This document shows positions 1 through 5,580 of a stretch of DNA of 5,860 bases, one piece after another. The notes beneath the pieces were generated by a model, which saw only the letters and a list, made by a program, of their open reading frames with translations, ran no database searches and had not been told where the DNA came from. Position 1 is the stretch's first letter, and each line of letters starts with the position of its first letter. Source of the stretch: Octopus sinensis (taxonomy: Eukaryota). The position numbers and the translations under genes were made by a program. The stretch is taken from NCBI RefSeq assembly GCF_006345805.1, contig NW_021829780.1:1-5860 (forward strand), written 5' to 3'.

Positions 1-257
1 CTTCGCCCTCTTTCAATCGACTGGCGGTGCGTTCGTACTTGGCGTGCATGTATGTGTACGTGACTGTGAGCTTGGCGGTGTAGCAACCAATAGATCAGCT
101 GGAAGAGCCTTACCTGGTGTGTGCAGTTGTGCAGTTGGTTGCAGAGCGGGCAGCGAACGGCGGAAAGAAATTCCTTCTTCTGCCTTCTCATCTTCTTCCA
201 ACTTTAACTCATTTAAGATTCTTTTTCATTCACCCTCTCATTAACTCTCGTATACCT

Positions 258-390
258 TTCTTCTTCTTGTTCTTCTTCTTGTTCTTCTGCTTCTTCTGCT
301 TGTTGTTGTTGTTGTTGTTGTTGTTGTTCTTCTTCTTCTTCTTCTTCTTCTTCTTCTTCTTCTTCCTCCGCCTCCTCCTCCTCCTCCTCC
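258..390. repeat. Compound trinucleotide microsatellite: degenerate (TTC/TTG/TGC) lead-in, then (TTG)9, (TTC)13 and (CTC)6
   Basis: Read directly: (TTG)9 at 300-326, (TTC)13 at 327-365, CTC-CGC-(CTC)6 at 366-389. It explains the poly-L/F and poly-T/R/G runs in ORFs 117..602 and 241..501. Confidence 0.97.
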
Positions 391-565
391 ATATTTCTTC
401 CCCTTCATCTCCTTCTCATCCCTCTTCTTCTGTGTGCTCCCTTCATTCCACCTTTCCCCATCTCTCTCCGCCCCTCTCTCACTCCACTCCTCCCTCTCCA
501 CTTTCCCTCTCCACTTTCCCTCTCCCCACCCCTCCTTTCTCGTCTTTCTCTATCCGCCCCCTCTG
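391..565. repeat. Polypyrimidine low-complexity tract with a 13-bp tandem duplication (CCACTTTCCCTCT x2 at 498-523)
   Basis: The + strand is almost entirely C/T. The exact 13-mer occurs at 498-510 and 511-523. Confidence 0.85.
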
Positions 566-637
566 CCTCTATGTATATTATATTCCATGGCGGACATTTT
601 GAAGAAATAAAAGACAGAAACAACATGATAGAACATA

Positions 638-981
<344 letters not shown>

Positions 982-1680
982 TGTACAAAAGAAAAAAGAG
1001 TGAGGAAGAGAGGGAAGTAAGAGTGATTTACAACGTACGATATGCTGATAATATTTTTGTCATATTTTTATACCTGGCACCGAAAAAGATGAAATAGCTG
1101 ATGCTGTTTAAAATTTCTTTGATGATTCTTACATCTAGGATATTCTTAACATTTAGATTGTCTTCCTCTCTGAATCTATTTTGGTAAACGTTAAACGTAA
1201 TTTGGTAACCAGAAACGTTAAATAACTCTCTTTTACATCCTCTCTGTTCCCCCTCTCTTTCTCTAAATCTGTCTCTCGCTCACAAAAATTCTTCATGTTT
1301 ATGAAAGAATGTCAGTTTGTTGGTTTGTCGAAAGCAAAACGTAATTAATTAATCTATGTGCAGCGAGGGTTTACCATTTTTTTTTCTCTTAATTTTGTTA
1401 TATTCTGTACCGATCTGTTTTGTTTTTTTTTAACTTGCGTTTGTGAAAGCAGGCAAGCATGGATATAGAGAGACTGTTCTTGAAGGCATCGATTTCAACG
1501 AAATGAAATACTGTGAGCCAAGAGAGGAAACCTCTACTGATTAACTCGATCATTTAGAAATAGGAGCTAAATCTCTGCCTCAAATCATACCTGATTGATA
1601 CATACATATATAGATATACTTACAAACCTAATATTCACATATGTAAATACATACGTACATACATAAAGATATCCCCACCC

Positions 1681-1698
1681 ATATATATATATATATAT
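1681..1698. repeat. (AT)9 microsatellite
   Basis: Direct read. It forms the left flank of the hammerhead-bearing element. Confidence 0.95.
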
Positions 1699-1898
1699 GT
1701 GACCTCGTGTGTACCGTTGGCGATTTTTTTTCCTTTGTCTTCCCTTCTCTGGATCTTTCCTTCTCTTATATTTCCGACGAAGAGCTCCGCTCGAAACGTT
1801 AAACTCTCCTTCTTTCCTGAGCGTCCAATAATACTATATTTGTTCCATGTCCTCGCGTTGTTGTGTTTTTTGTGTGCTTTCTTGTTTGGATTAACTTT
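1699..1898 (+). mobile_element. Short non-coding Penelope-like-element (PLE) terminal-repeat/solo fragment carrying a hammerhead motif
   Basis: A ~200-bp complex sequence bounded on both sides by (TA)n that contains a PLE-type minimal hammerhead (1771-1803). No RT or GIY-YIG coding sequence is visible, so the PLE label is inferred from the ribozyme type. Confidence 0.55.
1771..1803 (+). ncRNA. Minimal type I hammerhead ribozyme motif (PLE type), degenerate core
   Basis: TTT (helix I, 1771-73), CCGACGA (CUGANGA box with U4>C, 1774-80), extra A, GAGC-TCC-GCTC (helix II, 1782-92), GAAAC (1793-97), GTT (NUH triplet, 1798-1800), AAA (helix I). Helix III is the palindrome ACGT within AACGTT. Confidence 0.7.
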
Positions 1899-1941
1899 TA
1901 TATATATATATATAAATATATATATAATTATATATATATAT

Positions 1942-1999
<58 letters not shown>

Positions 2000-2110
2000 T
2001 ATGTATGTATGTATATATATGTATATATATATGTATATATATATGTATGTATATATATGTATATATATATATATGTATATATATATGTATATATATATAT
2101 TTTATATTAT
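1899..2110. repeat. Long imperfect (TA)n / (TATG)n microsatellite
   Basis: Direct read. It produces the IY-repeat tail of ORF 1699..2112. Confidence 0.97.
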
Positions 2111-2250
2111 AGGCAAGGAAAAATTATAAAAAGGCAGAATGCTAAATTGAAGGTAAATTTTAATGAAAATGGGTGTATGGAAAATTAAAATTTTTTTTTT
2201 TTTAAATATATATAAACTCATCTCATAGAGTGATAGTTCGAAGAAGCCAA

Positions 2251-2295
2251 TATATATATATATATAATATATATATTATATATATATATATATAT
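2251..2295. repeat. Imperfect (TA)n microsatellite
   Basis: Direct read. Confidence 0.93.
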
Positions 2296-2296
2296 T

Positions 2297-2487
2297 AAAA
2301 GCTTCCCAGGGCTCCGCAGGGGTGGTGGCGATCCTGCTGTACTCTTCGCCATAACTTTCTCTCACTCTTCTTCTGTTGGCCTGCTCGCTTAGCCCAGCGG
2401 GGTGGCAGGTCATCATTGAAGGCTAAAACAATGCGAAGCGCATTGTGACCAGCGATGTGTTGCAACATCTAATAGCCTGGTCGGTCA
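2297..2487 (+). mobile_element. 5'-truncated copy of a second SINE family (body and 3' end only, no tRNA-like head)
   Basis: GC-richer island between (TA)n tracts that ends ...GCCTGGTCGGTCA-(TA)n and contains an 8-bp hairpin (2428-2446). It matches my recollection of the 3' half of an abundant Octopus tRNA-derived SINE; this was not verified by alignment. Confidence 0.5.
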
Positions 2488-2499
2488 ATATATATATAT

Positions 2500-3402
2500 T
2501 GGGTCAGAGGTTAATAATATGCAGTTTAATGCTGAAAAATTCCAGGCCCTGCTCTACCAGCATTCAAAACTGAATATTAAACTTACAGGATACACTGGTC
2601 CACAGGAATTTCAATCCCAGAGCTAGTCTGTGAGGGACATGGGTATCGACAGGAGTGATGATACCTCTTTCCAAGTTTCACATTACCAGGATGGCGAAAA
2701 GTGCAGACGACTGGCTGGGTGGATCCTAAGAACGTTCAGAACCAGAGATAAGGAAACCATGATGGTCCTCTGGCGGACATTCGTCCTCAGCCGCCTGGAT
2801 TACTGCTCACAGCTATGGTCACACCCACCAGTGTAAATTAACAGCGGACCTTGAAGCAATCCAGAGAAGATTCACAAAGAAGATCGTCTCTTTGCAACAG
2901 CTCAGCTACTGGGAAAGGTTGAAACAGCTAAGATTCTACTCCCTGGGAGAGAAGACGGGAGAGGTATGCAGTAATTTATGTCTGGAAGATCCTGGAAGGA
3001 TTGTGCCAAATTTGGCATTGGCTTGTAAGCTACACCAATGCTAGAACGGGACGACACTGCTTGGTGCCAAAGATCCCAGCAATGCCATCACGCTTCAGGA
3101 CCAGTTACTGCAACATCCTGGGTTTCAAGGGCCCACAGATTTTTAATATTCTCCCAAAGAGTCTGAGGAACTTGTACAAAGTAGATGTAGCGGTTTTTAA
3201 ATCAAAGCAGGACATCTTCCTGTCAAGAGTCCCAGATGAACCTACCTCACGGCAAGAGGTGCAAATGAGAGTAGCTATATCAAACTCCATTCTTCACCAA
3301 GTGCCACATGTTAGACGAGGTTCTTCGTAATAACAGTGTAGCACAAAACGGCGGTGCATCAGCATGGCCGCAGCTCTGAGCTGAAACTAGAGAAAAAAAA
3401 AA
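2500..3402 (+). mobile_element. 5'-truncated CR1-group LINE (CR1/L2/Crack-like): 3' end of ORF2, short 3' UTR with stem-loop, poly-A
   Basis: Coding relic at 2504-3330, ~60-nt 3' UTR (3331-3392) with hairpin CAGCT-CTG-AGCTG (3371-3383), then A10 (3393-3402). 5' truncation is typical of target-primed reverse transcription. Confidence 0.9.
2504..3330 (+). pseudogene. Disrupted LINE ORF2 C-terminus (end of RT domain plus thumb/C-terminal region)
   Basis: Manual translation across frames gives SEVNNMQFNAEKFQAL (RT motif 7 region), SVRDMGID, GWILRTFRTRDKETMMVLWRTFVLSRLDYCSQLWS, LTADLEAIQRRFTKKIVSLQQLSYWERLKQLRFYSL, ERRRERYAVIYVWKILEG and GPQIFNILPKSLRNL...FKSKQDIFL. These are characteristic CR1-group motifs. 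There is an in-frame TAG at 2624-2626 and several frameshifts (near 2820-2835, 2945 and 3000). ORFs 2630..2836 and 3001..3330 are pieces of it. Confidence 0.9.
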
Positions 3403-3441
3403 TATATATATATATTTTTTTTATATATATATATATATATG
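3403..3441. repeat. (TA)n tract with an internal T-run, between the LINE poly-A and the SINE head
   Basis: Direct read. Confidence 0.9.
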
Positions 3442-3443
3442 TA

Positions 3444-3604
3444 GGCGCAAGTTTGGCTGTGTGGTAGGAAGCTTGCTTCCCAACCGCATGATCCCTGGTT
3501 CAGTCCCACAGCGTGCCACCTTGGGCAAGTGTCTTCTACTATAACCTCGAACCGATCAAAGACTTGAGTGGATTTGGTAGACGGAAACTGAAAGAAGCCT
3601 GTCG
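3444..3604 (+). mobile_element. tRNA-derived CORE-like SINE, copy A (5' half only)
   Basis: A-box-like TGGCTGTGTGG (3454-64) and B-box-like GGTTCAGTCCC (3497-3507). The 21-mer CACCTTGGGCAAGTGTCTTCT (3517-37) is identical in copies B and C. The copy stops at the SINE's internal TA/TG microsatellite. Confidence 0.88.
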
Positions 3605-3609
3605 CACGT

Positions 3610-3714
3610 ATGTATGTAGTATATATGTATATAATTATGTATGTATGTATATATATATATATATATATGTGTGTGTGGTGTGTGTGTGGTGTGTGTGTTG
3701 TGGTGTGTGTGTGT
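3610..3714. repeat. Compound (TATG)/(TA)/(TG)n microsatellite
   Basis: Direct read. Probably the expanded internal microsatellite of SINE copy A. Confidence 0.93.
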
Positions 3715-3920
3715 AACGTTTATGGAATTTGTGTTGCATGATTCCTGGCGTGAAGTCGTGTGTTGAAACAGATATTGTTGTATTTGGGTATGGTCATTTC
3801 TTTTTCTTTTTTGTCAAATAAACACACACACTCTATTTTAGTTCTTCATGCGTTTATTGATGTTCTTATTCCATTGTCCGAAAATCTTTCGTCACGCATC
3901 TGTGGCCTCCTCAGCGATAG
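3715..3920 (-). mobile_element. PLE-like terminal-repeat fragment (minus strand) beginning with a hammerhead motif
   Basis: Hammerhead at 3878-3917 on the minus strand. The sequence downstream of it recurs in inverted orientation at 3923-4042 and runs out into simple repeat. The left boundary is approximate. Confidence 0.5.
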
Positions 3921-4042
3921 GTGATTTCCGGACAATGGACCCGAGTTAGAATAAGAACAGTAATAAACAAGTGAAGAATGAATATGTAGTGCGTGTGTGT
4001 ATTTGGCACAAAAAAAATGACGGTCCTGAAATACAGCAATAT
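3772..4042. repeat. ~270-bp imperfect inverted repeat (arms ~3772-3886 and ~3923-4042)
   Basis: Manual pairing: 3872-3886 with 3923-3937 (one mismatch), 3861-3871 with 3949-3959 (perfect), GTTTATT with AATAAAC, TTCTTCA with TGAAGAA, and outer ATATTGTTGTATTT (3772-85) with AAATACAGCAATAT (4029-42). Confidence 0.85.
3878..3917 (-). ncRNA. Minimal type I hammerhead ribozyme motif (PLE type), intact core boxes
   Basis: Minus strand reads TCG (3917-15), CTGAGGA (3914-08), extra G, GCCAC-AGATGC-GTGAC (helix II, 4/5 pairs, 3906-3891), GAAA (3890-87), GATTT, T (H17, 3881), CGG (3880-78). AGAUUU is self-complementary with G-U wobbles, and helix I TCG/CGG gives 3 pairs. Confidence 0.7.
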
Positions 4043-4055
4043 ATATATATATATA

Positions 4056-4112
<57 letters not shown>
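4041..4112. repeat. (TA)n microsatellite
   Basis: Direct read. Confidence 0.97.
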
Positions 4113-4114
<2 letters not shown>

Positions 4115-4115
<1 letters not shown>

Positions 4116-4734
4116 CAAGAGTGGCTGTATAGTAAGTAGCTTGTAAGAGGGTTAATACCTCTGTATATGTGTTTTTTAAAGAACAATGTTATAGAGAAGC
4201 CGAGAGTCGGCGGGCGATTTCTGTCTTCCCCCATCTTTATCATCCTTGTATCATAATCATTCGCCTCCTCAATGTCTGTGTCCAGCCAGCAAAGCTACCT
4301 TATCTATGTGCTGCCTACATGGCAAATTTAATGAACAAAAGAGGCTTGCTCACCAACCACATGGTTCCGGGTTCATTCCCAATGCGTGGCACCTTGGGCA
4401 AGTGTCTTCTTCTATAGCTTCGGGCCGACCAAAATCTTGTGAGTGGATTTGGTAGACGGAAACTGAAAGAAGCCCGTCGTATATATGTATATATAAAAAT
4501 ATGCATGTGTGTGTACATATTTGTGTGTCTCTGTTTGTCGCCCCAACATCGGTTGACAACCGATGGTGGTGTGTTTAAGTCCCCGTAACTTAGCGGTTCG
4601 GCAAAAGAGAACGATAGAATAAGTACTAGGCTTCCAAAGAATAAGTTCTGGGTGTCGATTTGTCAACTAAAGGCGAGCTCTAGCATGGCTGCAGTCAAAT
4701 GCAGAAGAAGAAACAATTAAAAGAGTAAGGAGTA
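4115..4734 (+). mobile_element. tRNA-derived CORE-like SINE, copy B (near full length, diverged, interrupted by a 200-bp insertion)
   Basis: Head 4115-4143 resumes at 4344; B box GGTTCATTCCC at 4370-80; shared 21-mer at 4390-4410. The body is collinear with copy C. The tail is degenerate (AGCATGGCTGCAGTC, 4682-96) and ends ...AAAAGAGTAAGGAGTA. Confidence 0.9.
4144..4343. other. 200-bp insertion of unknown origin within the head of SINE copy B, flanked by GCTTG duplication
   Basis: GCTTG occurs at 4139-4143 and 4344-4348 but only once in copies A and C. The A-B box spacer is 237 nt here versus 32 nt in A and C, which equals 32 + 200 + 5. Confidence 0.85.
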
Positions 4735-4753
4735 TATATATATATATATATAT

Positions 4754-4795
<42 letters not shown>

Positions 4796-4839
4796 TGTAT
4801 ATATACATACATACATACATACATACATACATACATACA

Positions 4840-4870
<31 letters not shown>

Positions 4871-4921
4871 TCATATAATGTATATATATATATATATATA
4901 TGAATGTATATATGTATATAT
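4733..4921. repeat. Compound (TA)n-(TACA)16-(TA)n microsatellite
   Basis: (TACA)16 at 4804-4867, flanked by imperfect TA runs. Confidence 0.97.
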
Positions 4922-5094
4922 TAGCGTGACAGAGAAGCCAGTTAGTACCTGTGTTAAACCCAGTTCTTAGATATTGACGGGTGCGTTATACACTCACGCG
5001 CATTTATGATGTAAATGGGTGTACATACGCATGCTTGGGGATGAGCGTACGTGCGTGAATGCATATTTGTGTTCAAATGGGACTATGTGATTAA

Positions 5095-5118
5095 AATAAT
5101 AATAATAATAATAATAAT
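5095..5118. repeat. (AAT)8 microsatellite
   Basis: Direct read. It lies immediately 5' of SINE copy C. Confidence 0.95.
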
Positions 5119-5119
5119 T

Positions 5120-5528
5120 AGGAGTGGCTGTGTGGTAAGTAGCTTGTTTACCAACCACATGGTTCCGGGTTCGTCCCACTGCGTGGCACCTTGGGCAAGT
5201 GTCTTCTACCTGGGCCGACCAAAGCGTGAGTGTGATTTGGTAGACGGAAACCGAAAGAAGCCGTGTATATATGTATATATAATATATATGCGTGTGTGTG
5301 TTGGGTTGTGGGCGTTTTCTGTGTTTGTCCCCCTAGCATTGCTTGACAACCGATGCTGGTGTGTTTATGTCCCGTAACTTAGCGGTTCGGCAAAAAAGAG
5401 ACCGATAGAATATGTACTGGGCTTACAAAAGAATAAGTCCTGGGTCGAGTTGCTCGATTGATTAAAGGCGGTTCTCCAGCATGGCCGCAGTCAATGACTG
5501 AAACAAGTAAAAGAGTTAAAAGAGTAAA
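5120..5528 (+). mobile_element. tRNA-derived CORE-like SINE, copy C (most complete)
   Basis: A box TGGCTGTGTGG (5125-35), B-box-like GGTTCGTCCC (5168-77), shared 21-mer (5187-5207), internal TA/TG microsatellite, LINE-like tail GGCGG..CAGCATGGCCGCAGTCAATGACTGAAAC (5467-5504) and terminal (TAAAAGAG)-type repeats (5508-5528). Confidence 0.92.
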
Positions 5529-5580
5529 TAGCAAACAACATTACCACAACTAAATTCAAAACGAGAAAATTCCTTCTACC

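Noticed and set aside
117-626. ORFs 117..602 (+), 241..501 (-) and 405..626 (-)
   Set aside because: They are homopolymeric L/F/R/T/G or E/R/G-rich translations of microsatellite and polypyrimidine DNA, open only because these repeats lack stop codons.
1699-2112. 137-aa ORF
   Set aside because: Begins at a GTG, reads through the hammerhead element and (TA)n (IYIY tail), and has no recognisable domain.
3105-3290. 61-aa minus-strand ORF
   Set aside because: Antisense shadow of the LINE ORF2 relic.
3444-3515. tRNA gene (likewise the heads at 4115-4385 and 5120-5185)
   Set aside because: A/B-box-like motifs are present, but I could not form an acceptor stem or full cloverleaf, and each head continues into a shared SINE body. 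These are tRNA-derived SINE heads.
3842-3978. Type III hammerhead using the long inverted repeat as helix III
   Set aside because: The base opposite A15.1 would be A (minus strand 3922) rather than the required U16.1, and only 6 nt remain for helix I, too few for a hairpin. The minimal type I reading fits better.
3842-3978. pre-miRNA hairpin
   Set aside because: The loop is ~36 nt, one arm has a ~10-nt bulge, and the arms extend as diverged copies of a repeat. An inverted element pair explains it better, and no small-RNA evidence is available.
4144-4343. Solo LTR or Transib/MITE interpretation of the 5-bp-TSD insert
   Set aside because: The ends are TA...AG, not TG...CA or CAC...GTG, and no terminal inverted repeat is visible.
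3846-4666. Overlapping short ORFs (3846..4118, 3911..4243, 4169..4417, 4246..4455, 4315..4518, 4350..4559, 4412..4666)
   Set aside because: They cross element boundaries, lie on both strands of SINE or microsatellite DNA, and show no protein motifs.
4994-5377. ORFs 4994..5179, 5051..5377 and 5148..5339
   Set aside because: Translations of (AAT)8 and SINE copy C. The same peptide (TNHMVPGS) appears in copy B ORFs only because the DNA is repeated.
3444-5528. CRISPR-like array suggested by the thrice-repeated 21-mer
   Set aside because: Spacing is hundreds of bases and irregular, the similarity extends across whole SINE bodies, and the context is eukaryotic with no cas genes.
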